From a virus (lineage: Duplodnaviria; Caudoviricetes), in IMG/VR virus record IMGVR_UViG_2636416120_000006, positions 1-64,000 of that record: a DNA stretch of 64,000 nucleotides; one strand, given 5' to 3'. Positions 1 to 9,232 of this stretch are shown one piece after another (position 1 is the first letter of the stretch; the number at the start of each line of letters is the position of its first letter). The translations under genes were made by a program, and so were the position numbers. A model generated the notes under the pieces. It was not told the origin of the DNA. It made no database searches and worked only from the letters and a program-made list of their open reading frames with translations.

Positions 1-672
1 ATGTCGAAACAGACCGTATCCTACTATGGCGTCCATTGGGACCCCGAGGGGATAGCCTTCCTCGAGCAGGGGAAGGTCGGCGGGAATGCGATCGGGTGGC
101 GAAAGCCGAGCCCGTTCCAGGTACAACTCCCGACGAAAGGTCATCACTGCAACCACCAGATCCCCCTGCAGGCGCCGATCCCGAACCTCACCCACACGGC
201 GTTCTTCGACTCCATCCTCGACGACCCGCTCGTCCGGGTCATGCTGCCGATCCCGAAGACCGATACAGGGGTCTACTTCGTCGCCGAGACCGATCCCAAC
301 ATGGTCGAACTGCTGGTAATGCTGTCGACGATGTCGAGCCCGATCTTCAACGTCGTGAGCCCGATGTGGTCGATCGACCCGAAGGTGTGGGTGAAGCGGC
401 TCTACAACAGCAACATCCAGCCCCAGGTGCTGCACGGCGTCCGTCCGGCCGACACGGACAAGATGGTCGACCTGGCTCAGGCCGCGGCTACCTCTCCGTC
501 GAAGTTGATCTTCTCCGGATCCGAGGACGTCGTGGTCCCGCGGGCGGCGAAGCGAATCACTACCCGCGTGATCCCGAGCAACAGGGACTTCAACGAGATC
601 CTGGCCCTTCCCTGGGAGAGCTTGGGCGCCTATGTGCTGAGGAAGTACATGCGCAGGGAACTCGAACTATGA
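1..672 (+). CDS. hypothetical protein
   Basis: 223-aa ORF with phage-like codon usage, co-oriented with the replication genes; no recognisable motif. Confidence 0.7.
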   Translation: MSKQTVSYYGVHWDPEGIAFLEQGKVGGNAIGWRKPSPFQVQLPTKGHHCNHQIPLQAPIPNLTHTAFFDSILDDPLVRVMLPIPKTDTGVYFVAETDPNMVELLVMLSTMSSPIFNVVSPMWSIDPKVWVKRLYNSNIQPQVLHGVRPADTDKMVDLAQAAATSPSKLIFSGSEDVVVPRAAKRITTRVIPSNRDFNEILALPWESLGAYVLRKYMRRELEL

Positions 673-673
673 A

Positions 674-719
674 GTTCATATGAAGTACGGTTGAAATGCC
701 GCCCTCTGGGCGGCATTTT
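674..719 (+). promoter_or_regulatory. palindromic operator (GTTCATATGAAG) plus sigma70-like promoter TTGAAA-N17-CATTTT
   Basis: member of the repeated GTWGATATCWAC family, 5 bp upstream of a -35 box with a 17-nt spacer. Confidence 0.55.
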
Positions 720-735
720 CATTTCGAGGCGACCA

Positions 736-754
736 TCCCTGAGAGGGACAAATG
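736..754 (+). promoter_or_regulatory. conserved RBS hairpin TCCC-TGAGA-GGGA-CAA-ATG (one of 20 copies)
   Basis: same geometry at 20 gene starts with covarying stems; see findings. Confidence 0.8.
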
Positions 755-2143
755 CAAATCGAGCGAGGGACGCTCCGCGACTATCAGGTCGCGGACCTCT
801 GTTTTTACATGCAGGAGGAGAAGAAGGGGAACCTGTCAGACCCAGGGACGGGTAAAACCCCCTCCGTCTGCGCCTACCTTTGGTATCTCTGGTCCGAATT
901 TGGCATCCGGTCCATGTGGCCGCAGCCGAAAAGCCTGCTCGAAAAGAACTACTGGGAGTTGTTGAAGTTCTCCGAGTTCGAGCCGGACGACATCGTCATC
1001 TTTGATGGAAACCCAAAGCAGCGCGCCGAGCTGATGGCCAAGCCGTACAAGGTCTGGCTTATGGGCTTCACCCGGTTCGCGGATGACTGGGCCAACCTCA
1101 TGGCGGCCCACCCCGGGTTCGATTGCGTCGCGGTCGACGAATTCCACATGGGCTTCGGGGGGTGGAAGAGCAAGCGGACCCAGCAGCTGGTGACCGCTTG
1201 CCGGCGGATGAAGCACTTCCTGCCCATGACCGGCACCCTGGTAGACGGTCGCCTCGACAGCGTCTACCCGGCGGTCCACATCATCGAGCCGCTCTACTAC
1301 GCGAGCTATGAGGCCTTCCTCTACCAGCACGAGGTGAAGGACTGGAACGGCAAGCGGATCGGCTGGACCGGGCACGAGAAGATCTCGGCCATCCTCGGCC
1401 GCCACTGCATCCGCCGGACCTTCGAGATGGTTTATGGCAAGCAGGAGGTGGTCACCCATGTCGAGCGCGTCGCGATGTCTCCGAAGCAGCGGGAGCTGTA
1501 CAAGGAGATGGAGAAGAACGCGCTGATCGAGCTCGAGGACGCGTTCCTCGAAGCGGGCTTCCCGGGCACTCACGTCATCCGTCTCCGTCAGCTGATGGAG
1601 CATCCGGAGGCGATGCCCCACCCTGTCACCGGCGATCCGGTGGACCTGATGAACGGCGAGGTGAACGGCAAGGACGAGCGCCTGTTGATCCACCTGACCG
1701 ACCACTGGAACAGCGGCAAGCCGCTGATCATCTTCGGCTCCCTGGTGAAGTCCCTCGAGCGCATGGCCAAGCTGGCCGAGTCCGTCGGGCTCCGGACTGG
1801 CCTGATCCATGGTGGTGTCTCCGCGGCGAAGCGCGCTGTCATCGACGAGCAGTTCCGAAACGGCGAGCTCGACGTGGTTGTATGTTCCCCTGCCACCGCT
1901 GCGGTCGGCTTCAACTGGGGCCACGTCGATCACATCATCTTCGCCTCGATCGACTACAAGGACACCAACTACGTGCAAGCTCGGGGCCGCGCTATCCGAG
2001 GCAAGCGCGAGAAGCCGCTCCGAGTGACGGTGCTCGAATACGAGAAGAGCATCGATCAACGCATCTTCCAGATTGTCGAGCAGAAGTCGAAGGACGCGAA
2101 GCTCGTCGACCCCACCCGCGAGCAACTCCAGCTCGCGAGTTAG
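752..2143 (+). CDS. SF2 (SNF2-like) DNA helicase
   Basis: PGTGKT Walker A, DEFH motif II, TGT motif III, GFNW and QARGRAIR C-terminal motifs. Confidence 0.9.
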   Translation: MQIERGTLRDYQVADLCFYMQEEKKGNLSDPGTGKTPSVCAYLWYLWSEFGIRSMWPQPKSLLEKNYWELLKFSEFEPDDIVIFDGNPKQRAELMAKPYKVWLMGFTRFADDWANLMAAHPGFDCVAVDEFHMGFGGWKSKRTQQLVTACRRMKHFLPMTGTLVDGRLDSVYPAVHIIEPLYYASYEAFLYQHEVKDWNGKRIGWTGHEKISAILGRHCIRRTFEMVYGKQEVVTHVERVAMSPKQRELYKEMEKNALIELEDAFLEAGFPGTHVIRLRQLMEHPEAMPHPVTGDPVDLMNGEVNGKDERLLIHLTDHWNSGKPLIIFGSLVKSLERMAKLAESVGLRTGLIHGGVSAAKRAVIDEQFRNGELDVVVCSPATAAVGFNWGHVDHIIFASIDYKDTNYVQARGRAIRGKREKPLRVTVLEYEKSIDQRIFQIVEQKSKDAKLVDPTREQLQLAS

Positions 2144-2258
2144 TCGGTTGATATCTACTTCTCAGATTACTTCTGGGAAACGGAGGGAGACCGACTATAT
2201 TGGCCATCGTACCTGAGTGGTACTGATGCAATGTGAACCCTGAACAAAGGATATATCT

Positions 2259-2924
2259 ATGGATATCAATGCTTCGATCGCCGCTGCCAAGGCCGCGGCT
2301 GGTGCTGCCGGTGCTGCTGCCGCCAACGTTCCGGCTGCAGTCGTCCACAACACCGGGGTCCCGGCGATGCCCGGCCGGCGCATGGGTCTCGACGACTTCC
2401 TGAACTCCGGCGGCCCGGCGGTCGACGGTTGGATCAAGATCGGCGAGTCCGGCATCTCGTTCGGCAACAACCTGACCCGCTTCAGCGGTCTGCGGTTCCG
2501 CCTGCAGGTCGCCGAGATCCGGTACTTCCAGGTGGTGTCGTTCGGCAACCCGGCGCAGTACCTGAAGACCGCCGACGGCGTGACCTGCGTCGAGGGCGGT
2601 TCGTGGGAGCAGGCCCTGGCCCGCGCCGGCGGCAAGCGCCCGTACGAGTCGGCCGAGCTCGTCTTCGAGCTGCTCGAGGATGCGGTCGACCCGAAGAGCA
2701 AGCAGGTGATCGCCGCGTCCGGCACCCGCTGGGGCTACTCGACGCCGTACAACGCGTCGCAGAAGTTCAAGAAGCTGCTGAGCGAGATCCACGCCCTCGG
2801 CATCGACCCGCGCACCGCGGACGTCGAGCTGAAGCTGGACGGCGAGCCGAAGGCCCGGAACGGCAACCAGTGGAAGGAGATCGTCTTCGAACTGGTCGGG
2901 CCGTACGCGGTCACGATCAACTAA
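2259..2924 (+). CDS. hypothetical protein, possibly ssDNA-binding or replication accessory
   Basis: strong codon bias, AGGA SD, followed by a terminator; function guessed only from position. Confidence 0.6.
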   Translation: MDINASIAAAKAAAGAAGAAAANVPAAVVHNTGVPAMPGRRMGLDDFLNSGGPAVDGWIKIGESGISFGNNLTRFSGLRFRLQVAEIRYFQVVSFGNPAQYLKTADGVTCVEGGSWEQALARAGGKRPYESAELVFELLEDAVDPKSKQVIAASGTRWGYSTPYNASQKFKKLLSEIHALGIDPRTADVELKLDGEPKARNGNQWKEIVFELVGPYAVTIN

Positions 2925-2930
2925 GACGAC

Positions 2931-2960
2931 GGGGCGGGCTTCGGCCCGCCCCTCTTCTTT
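2931..2960 (+). terminator. rho-independent terminator
   Basis: GGGGCGGGC-TTCG-GCCCGCCCC followed by TCTTCTTT. Confidence 0.8.
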
Positions 2961-2983
2961 CATCCCTGCGCGGGACCAATGCC

Positions 2984-3724
2984 GTGTTCACGATCTACGA
3001 CATGAACAACCATAGCCGGCGCAACTTCGAGCGCGGGCAGTCGGTCTCCACCATCTATCACATGATTAACCAGGATCCGAACCCGGTCATCCTGGTGTGG
3101 GATGGCCCCTTCGGCAATCAGCAGCGTCGCCGCTTGTTTCCCGGTTACAAGGGAAAGCGGAAGGGCATGATGGAGGACATGCGGGCGAGCCAGGAGCTCC
3201 TTCGGGAACTGCTGAAGCTGACCCGCCACACCACCATTCTGGTCCCCGAATTCGAAGCCGACGACGTGATCGCGGCGATCGTCCGACAGCTCGGATCCGA
3301 GCCTGTCCACATCCGCAGCAACGACATGGACTTCGCCCAGTTTCCCAACGTGAAACTGGACCGTGAGAAGATCCCCTGCGAACCCGAGTGGGTGCGCCTC
3401 TACAAGGTGACTGTCGGTGACGACAGTGACAGCATCCCAGGCATCAAGGGGTTCGGTGAGGGCAGCTGGCCCAAGCTCGACAAGCCAGGGTTCCAGGCTT
3501 TTCTCAATGGCCTCGGCAATGCTCCGGCTCTGGATGGTCTGGGGTTCTCCAAAGCTCAGCTGAGCTGGCTCGAGGAGCCTGAGAACCTCGAACTAATCCG
3601 GACCTTCTACCAGATCGTCGGCTTCCTCGACGTCCCCTCCGACCTGATCTCGAAGGGTACCACACCTGGTCGCCCCAACCCGGCGGCCGCCAACGAGATC
3701 CTCCGCCAATACCTACTCCCGTGA
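2984..3724 (+). CDS. 5'-3' exonuclease / flap endonuclease
   Basis: IYD, VWDG, RRRLFPGYK, EADDVI, SNDMD, GDDSDSIPGIKGFG motifs; probable GTG start at 2984. Confidence 0.9.
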   Translation: MFTIYDMNNHSRRNFERGQSVSTIYHMINQDPNPVILVWDGPFGNQQRRRLFPGYKGKRKGMMEDMRASQELLRELLKLTRHTTILVPEFEADDVIAAIVRQLGSEPVHIRSNDMDFAQFPNVKLDREKIPCEPEWVRLYKVTVGDDSDSIPGIKGFGEGSWPKLDKPGFQAFLNGLGNAPALDGLGFSKAQLSWLEEPENLELIRTFYQIVGFLDVPSDLISKGTTPGRPNPAAANEILRQYLLP

Positions 3725-3731
3725 GGAGCAA

Positions 3732-3974
3732 ATGCCGAAACCCGAGTTATCCGATGCCGTCTTCAAGTACGGCTACGACCTGGCCATCACCTATGGCTAC
3801 GACCTGAAGGAGATTGCCGAGGGCTTTGCCTATGGCCTCGGCAAGCTGACGACCGGCGCCTTCGCCGAGCAGGGTGTCGCCCTCGATCCCGCCCTCGTCG
3901 AGCCGATCGAGAAGGCCCTCCTCCAAGGCGTCAGGGACCACGCTCTGCGACTGGGGGTGCTCCTTGACCATTAA
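3732..3974 (+). CDS. hypothetical protein
   Basis: 80-aa ORF preceded by the RBS hairpin CTCC-CGTGA-GGAG. Confidence 0.75.
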   Translation: MPKPELSDAVFKYGYDLAITYGYDLKEIAEGFAYGLGKLTTGAFAEQGVALDPALVEPIEKALLQGVRDHALRLGVLLDH

Positions 3975-5550
3975 GCCCCTCCTCGTCGACGCCCGGAACT
4001 GGGAGGCGGTCAAGCCCGAGCTCCTGGACGCGGTGTCGACATCCAGCATTCTCGGGTTCGACATCGAAACTCAGGACGAGCACGCGCATCCGGGCATCAA
4101 GGCGTATCGGAAGAACGACGACGCCAAGATGTTCGACTACCGCCGGTCGGTGGTCACGGGGTTCTCGATCTACGTCGACGGCGATGACACCGCCTACTAT
4201 CTGAACCTGGCCCACGCGGACGTCGAGAACCGGATCCCGTGGCACGAGGCCAAGCAGGTACTCGACGCTCGGAAGACGAGCTGCACGACGATCTGCCACA
4301 ACGCCCCGTTCGAGTTGACCATGATGGCCAACTGCCTGGGCTACGAGCTCGGCGAGAACGTGCTCTGCACCCTGCAGATGGCAGTGTCGGCCTATGGCCC
4401 GGACGAATACTCGATCGACACGTTCGATGCGACGGGACTCGATTGGATCGAGCCGCTGCTGCCGTCGGCGTCGATGCTGTTCGCCAACTACCAGGCGGGT
4501 ATGGAGCTGACGTCGGAACAGGATGAGCTCCTATACAAGGTGATCGCCAAGGAAAGCCGATCGTCGTTCTCATACAACGGGTTCGTCGATTTGATCTGCT
4601 ACGGCTACGGCCTCAAGAAGCTGGTGAAGAGCTTCTTCGGCTACCGGATGACGACCTTCGAGGAGGTCCTCGGCGCCAAGGATCACATGGGGCAGCTCAC
4701 CGGCGAGGAGGTGGTCGCCTACGGTGCCGACGACGCCTACTGGGCAGTGCGCGTGTTCCACCAACTCCTGCTGTTCATGGCGCAGACCAACGAGGCCGTG
4801 ATCGAGACGTTCCTCCAGCAGGAGAACCCCATGATCCACGTCTTCTCCGGCGTCACGCGTGGGGGGATGAAGGTCAACTTCTCGAACATCGAGAGGCGCC
4901 GATCCCAGGAGCGGGACAACTTCGCCGCCGAGCTGCGGAAGCTGAAGGCCATCGTCAACGAGCTGCTGCCGTTCCCGGAGCAGCCAAACGAAGGCCTGAT
5001 GGAATACGAGGCGTGGTACCAGAAAAACTGGGCGTCCTACCGGAAGAAGCTCATCGACTGGGCGTCGAAGCCTGACGTCAGCGACAGCTACGAGCAATGC
5101 CAGCAGGTGCGCTCGGCGGTCTCGAACGCCTGGGCGAAGGAACGCGGCAAGCGGGAGAGCCAGGCGGTCAACCTCAATCACTACATGCCGATGCGGGTCA
5201 TGCTTTACGACCTGCTCCAGGAACGGCCGATGGTGATGGAGGGCAAGGTCCAGTCGGACGCGGACAACCGCGGTCGCCTCCTCGCCCGCCTGGATAAGAA
5301 CGGCGCATCGGACACGAAGAAGAACCTCATCCACTCGATCCGCAAGCTCGCCTCGATCGAGACGGCGATGAAGTTGTTCCTCACCCCCTATGTGCTGCTG
5401 ACCGACCCGGACACCGGCTACCTGTACCCGGTGCTGAGCTCAATGCTCGCCACCCGGCGCATGGCAGCCAGGTTCCCCAACCCCATGCAGCTCACGAAGC
5501 AGGGCGACAGCACCTACGTGCGCGGATTTTTCGAGGCCGACGATGTCTGA
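3964..5550 (+). CDS. polA: DNA polymerase family A, N-terminal part (3'-5' exonuclease and thumb)
   Basis: FDIET ExoI, HNAPFE ExoII, YGADD ExoIII, TRRMAARFPNPMQL; stops just before motif A; TTG start inferred. Confidence 0.9.
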   Translation: MTIKPLLVDARNWEAVKPELLDAVSTSSILGFDIETQDEHAHPGIKAYRKNDDAKMFDYRRSVVTGFSIYVDGDDTAYYLNLAHADVENRIPWHEAKQVLDARKTSCTTICHNAPFELTMMANCLGYELGENVLCTLQMAVSAYGPDEYSIDTFDATGLDWIEPLLPSASMLFANYQAGMELTSEQDELLYKVIAKESRSSFSYNGFVDLICYGYGLKKLVKSFFGYRMTTFEEVLGAKDHMGQLTGEEVVAYGADDAYWAVRVFHQLLLFMAQTNEAVIETFLQQENPMIHVFSGVTRGGMKVNFSNIERRRSQERDNFAAELRKLKAIVNELLPFPEQPNEGLMEYEAWYQKNWASYRKKLIDWASKPDVSDSYEQCQQVRSAVSNAWAKERGKRESQAVNLNHYMPMRVMLYDLLQERPMVMEGKVQSDADNRGRLLARLDKNGASDTKKNLIHSIRKLASIETAMKLFLTPYVLLTDPDTGYLYPVLSSMLATRRMAARFPNPMQLTKQGDSTYVRGFFEADDV

Positions 5551-6049
5551 CAGCCTCACGCTCGAACGGTTCCACGAACTACTCACGTTCGATCCGGAAA
5601 CCGGGATTTTTCGCTGGAAAGGTGTCAAGGCTCGAGGGCGCAGGCAGAAGCCTGGTGAAATCGCTGGTCACATTCACGACACGGGGCATCGAAGGATCAC
5701 GATCGATGGCCAGTTCTACTATGCGCACCGACTGGCTTGGTTCGTCACCTACGGCGTATGGCCGACTGGTGACTTGGACCATAAAAGCAACAATCCGGAC
5801 CACAATCCGACAGACAATCTGAGACCAGCCACCAGAACACTGAACAACGCCAATCAGAAAATCAGGTCCGACAACACCAGCGGTTGCAAGGGTGTTTACA
5901 AGCCGACCGGGCGCAAAAAGTGGACCGCTCGGGCTGGAAGAAAATACCTCGGAACTTTTGATTTGAAAGAAGAGGCTGCCGCCGCTTACGACGCTGAGGC
6001 TCGCCGGCTCTACGGTCCGTACGCCCGAACGAATGAGGATCTCAGATGA
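5543..6049 (+). mobile_element. HNH homing endonuclease with AP2-like C-terminus, inserted in polA
   Basis: YAHRLAW, DHKSNNPDHN..NLR, NTSGCKGV, YLGTFDLKEEAAAAYD; codon usage differs from flanks. Confidence 0.9.
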
Positions 6050-7074
6050 GCGACTATCTAATATGCTCGTTGGACTGGAGCCAGATCGAGCTCGTCATCA
6101 TCGGAGACCAGTCCGGCGACCCGGAGTTCGCAAAGGCGTACGGGCAGCTGCCGTACAACGACCTGCACCTCGGCGCTGCGGCCGACATCCTCTCGGCGAT
6201 CTACGACACCACGGTCACCGAGGAGATGTTCAAGAGCCTGAAGACCATGCCGGACGACGTGAAGGAGCCGTTCGGGTTCCCCCTCGTCGACGCGACCGGC
6301 AAGGAGCTGACCCCGAAGGAGGCCTTCAAATACAACCGCGGCACCGCCGGCGGCAAAGGAGCCAATTTCGGGTATTGGTACTCGGGCTCCCTGGCCTCGG
6401 TCGCCCTCGCCCGTGGCGTGGGCAGCGACCTGATGTGGAAGATGACCGATGCCTATCGGGCCCGGTTCTCCATCGCCGAGGAGTGGCGCCTCAACCTGAT
6501 CGACGAGGCAACCCGCACCGGGTTCGTCACCCTCCCCGACAAACATCGACGGGTGAAGTACGAGGCTACCATGGAGTGGCAGACGAAATTCATCGCCAAG
6601 TTCCAGGCTCTTGGTGATCCTGGGATTGTGGCGTTCGCCCGCCTGATCGCCAACAAGGTGTCGAAGCGGGCCGGTCGCCAGGTGGTCAACGCGGCGGTGC
6701 AAGGGACCTGCGCCACCATCGCCAAACGGTCGATCATCAAGATCATCCGGAACAACCCCGGCCTTCGGTTCCGCTTCCTGACCCCGATCCATGACGAGCT
6801 GGTCTTCTCGGTCCACAAGGACGACGTGGTCGCATTCATCGCCTACGCCAAGTCAATCATGAACGACCATCCGGACATCATCCGGGACCTGAAGATGAAC
6901 TGCACCGCGGCGGTCGGGAGGACATTTGAGCCCTTCCACAAGGAACGGGTGCCATTCGGTCAGATCGAGCTCGACGAGCTGCCGAAGCTCGACTTCATCC
7001 CGCCTGAGTTGGTGGACAAGGCCGCGAACGAGAACGTCATCCAGGAAGTGGTGAACTACTTGTGCGCCGCTTGA
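6046..7074 (+). CDS. polA: DNA polymerase family A, C-terminal catalytic part
   Basis: motif A DWSQIEL, motif B KGANFGYWY, NAAVQGT, motif C IHDELV; own GAGG SD. Confidence 0.9.
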   Translation: MSDYLICSLDWSQIELVIIGDQSGDPEFAKAYGQLPYNDLHLGAAADILSAIYDTTVTEEMFKSLKTMPDDVKEPFGFPLVDATGKELTPKEAFKYNRGTAGGKGANFGYWYSGSLASVALARGVGSDLMWKMTDAYRARFSIAEEWRLNLIDEATRTGFVTLPDKHRRVKYEATMEWQTKFIAKFQALGDPGIVAFARLIANKVSKRAGRQVVNAAVQGTCATIAKRSIIKIIRNNPGLRFRFLTPIHDELVFSVHKDDVVAFIAYAKSIMNDHPDIIRDLKMNCTAAVGRTFEPFHKERVPFGQIELDELPKLDFIPPELVDKAANENVIQEVVNYLCAA

Positions 7075-7130
7075 TATAAACTTCAGCCTTTCCGTTTCAG
7101 TCGTCGTCCCTGCACCATTAAATTGCAGGG

Positions 7131-7553
7131 ATGACGAAGAATACCGGGAAACCCAGCCAAGATTTGTTCGAGGATCACTTCACCCTCATGGGTAAAGCGG
7201 CCCACGTTCATCGCATCACCGACACCGCCGAGGTTCGCGGCCTGAACAAGACCGGCTTCACGAAGGAACAGCCGTCCGACTTCATCGTGACGGAGAACGG
7301 CGTGATGTACTACGCCGAGGTGAAGTCCAGCAGCAACCCGACGTCCTTCCCCCTGTCGCAAATCGAGCGCGGCCAGCGCTCGGCCATGATCAAGCAGACA
7401 GCGGCCGGAGGGTTGTACTTCCTGTTCATCCACTGCTTAACCAAGAACATTTGGTTCAAGGTGCCAGCAGGTGTCGTGCTCAATGCTCCGAAGGCCTCAC
7501 TGCCCTGGAGCTCTCTGAACGAATACCAATGGAGTATAGCTTGCAAGACATAA
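7131..7553 (+). CDS. PD-(D/E)xK nuclease, putative Holliday junction resolvase
   Basis: PSDFIV...YAEVKS motif, RecU-like size. Confidence 0.7.
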   Translation: MTKNTGKPSQDLFEDHFTLMGKAAHVHRITDTAEVRGLNKTGFTKEQPSDFIVTENGVMYYAEVKSSSNPTSFPLSQIERGQRSAMIKQTAAGGLYFLFIHCLTKNIWFKVPAGVVLNAPKASLPWSSLNEYQWSIACKT

Positions 7554-8110
7554 TGGTCGACATCGAGACCACGAGCACTGAGCCGGATCGAGGGGCGATC
7601 ATCCAGATCGCCGCGTGGAAGTTCGATCTCCAGACCTTCCAGGTCGATCCCCTGTTCTTCGATCAGTGCCTCTGGATGCCAGCCTGGCGCTACTGGAACA
7701 AGGACACCGAGGCCTTCTGGAAGAAACAAAAGCCGGAAACGCTGCAGGACATCTTCGCCCGGATGGAAGATCCTCGCATCGTGATGCAAAGGTTCGTCGA
7801 CTGGGTCGGACAGTCGAACAGCTTCCGGTTCTGGAGCAAGCCGACACACTTCGACTACACCTTCCTGTCGTCCTACTTCAAGGACTTCGACCTCCCGCAG
7901 ATGTTCCACTACCGGGAGGCGACCGACATGAATTCGTTCATTCGCGCTCGATACTACCCGGGTCCCGTTCCTCAGATCGATATCCCTTTCGACGGGCCGG
8001 TCCACAACGCCCTGTGGGACAGCCTCCATCAAATCCAGACCCTCTTCGCCCACTATTCCGGGACACTCAAGAATGATGACACCGCAGGAACTGGCCAAGA
8101 AGCTGCGTGA
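7529..8110 (+). CDS. DEDDh 3'-5' exonuclease
   Basis: MVDIET, HFDY, HNALWD motifs. Confidence 0.85.
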   Translation: MEYSLQDIMVDIETTSTEPDRGAIIQIAAWKFDLQTFQVDPLFFDQCLWMPAWRYWNKDTEAFWKKQKPETLQDIFARMEDPRIVMQRFVDWVGQSNSFRFWSKPTHFDYTFLSSYFKDFDLPQMFHYREATDMNSFIRARYYPGPVPQIDIPFDGPVHNALWDSLHQIQTLFAHYSGTLKNDDTAGTGQEAA

Positions 8111-8285
8111 GAACCTCGATCGGTTCTACATCGACAACACAGTCAGCAGCGTTTTCTGGCTCGTCGACTCCGCCCACGCCGACGAGAGCGTCGGCTATCC
8201 CGGCGATCTCGTCAGCGAGCACGACAGCTGGGAAGGCGCGCGAGATGCGCTCGACCTGGCGATCGCCGAGGAGATCCTGAAGTGA
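8073..8285 (+). CDS. hypothetical protein
   Basis: 70-aa ORF overlapping both neighbours in the operon. Confidence 0.6.
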   Translation: MMTPQELAKKLRENLDRFYIDNTVSSVFWLVDSAHADESVGYPGDLVSEHDSWEGARDALDLAIAEEILK

Positions 8286-9232
8286 CGAACTTCAAGTTGC
8301 TCGGCGATCCCCACCTCGGCAAGGACTTCCGCCTGGGCGTCCCCTCTCACCGCCGCGGTGAGAGGGAGGCGTCGCAGTGGGCGGCCTTCGAGGCCAGCCT
8401 GAACGACGTCGCCGGCGTCGCCTACCACATCAACATGGGCGACCTGTTCGACAGCTTTCAGGTGTCGAACGAAGTCGTGCTGCGAGCCGCCCAGGCTTAC
8501 CTGACGGCGACCAGGAACAATCCAGAGGTGATCTACTTCATCATCCTCGGGAATCACGACGCGCGACGGGAGGCCGGGTTCGTTTCCTCCTTCGACCTGT
8601 TCTCGGCCATCCTCGCCGGCGAGGAGAACATTGTGATCGTCAGGGACAGGCCGTGGATCCAGTACATCGACGGTGGCGATTTGCTGCTCTGTCCATGGGA
8701 CCCGTTCAAATCGGCGACCGAGATGCTCGCCAGCGTTGACGCCTCCCAGATCACCCATGCCTTTGGCCACTGGGATCTGGAGACCTTCGGCGGCGAGGCA
8801 CCGCACAACCTGCTGCCCTACGCCTGGTTCGCGGATCGGCCGCACATCGAAATCTACACCGGCCATATCCACAAGCGGGAGGTGCGCGAGATCAACGGCA
8901 TCACCGTGAACGTGGTCGGCTCGATGCAGCCCTACGCCCATGGTGAGGGCGATCTCTATGTCACCCTCACGCTGGCCGAGCTCGAGGCGAACCGGGACGC
9001 CGTCAAGGACAGGGTCGTGCGCCTGGTGCTGCAGCCCGGCGAGGTGCTGGAGGAGCCGGTGGACTGCCTGCAGTTCTCGGTCCAGCGCGTGCGGCCCGAC
9101 CAGGGCGAGGAGGTCGATCAGGTGGAGCTCGGGGAGTTCGATCTGAAGGGGATCTTCGACGAGTGCTTCAAGGGCAACCCCCTCGCCGAGACGGTTTGGG
9201 CTGAGTACGAGAAGAGGAAGAACGCAGCATGA
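8282..9232 (+). CDS. Mre11/SbcD-like nuclease
   Basis: GDPHLG, GDLFD, GNHD, GHIH metallophosphoesterase motifs; adjacent to SbcC-like gene. Confidence 0.9.
   Translation: MTNFKLLGDPHLGKDFRLGVPSHRRGEREASQWAAFEASLNDVAGVAYHINMGDLFDSFQVSNEVVLRAAQAYLTATRNNPEVIYFIILGNHDARREAGFVSSFDLFSAILAGEENIVIVRDRPWIQYIDGGDLLLCPWDPFKSATEMLASVDASQITHAFGHWDLETFGGEAPHNLLPYAWFADRPHIEIYTGHIHKREVREINGITVNVVGSMQPYAHGEGDLYVTLTLAELEANRDAVKDRVVRLVLQPGEVLEEPVDCLQFSVQRVRPDQGEEVDQVELGEFDLKGIFDECFKGNPLAETVWAEYEKRKNAA

Noticed and set aside
2429-2983. N-terminal extension of the exonuclease ORF
   Set aside because: Overlaps a better gene and crosses a terminator; the domain begins at about 2984
5543-6049. group I intron or intein in polA
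   Set aside because: No non-coding sequence for a catalytic core, an in-frame stop ends the N-part, no intein Cys/His-Asn ends, and the C-part has its own SD
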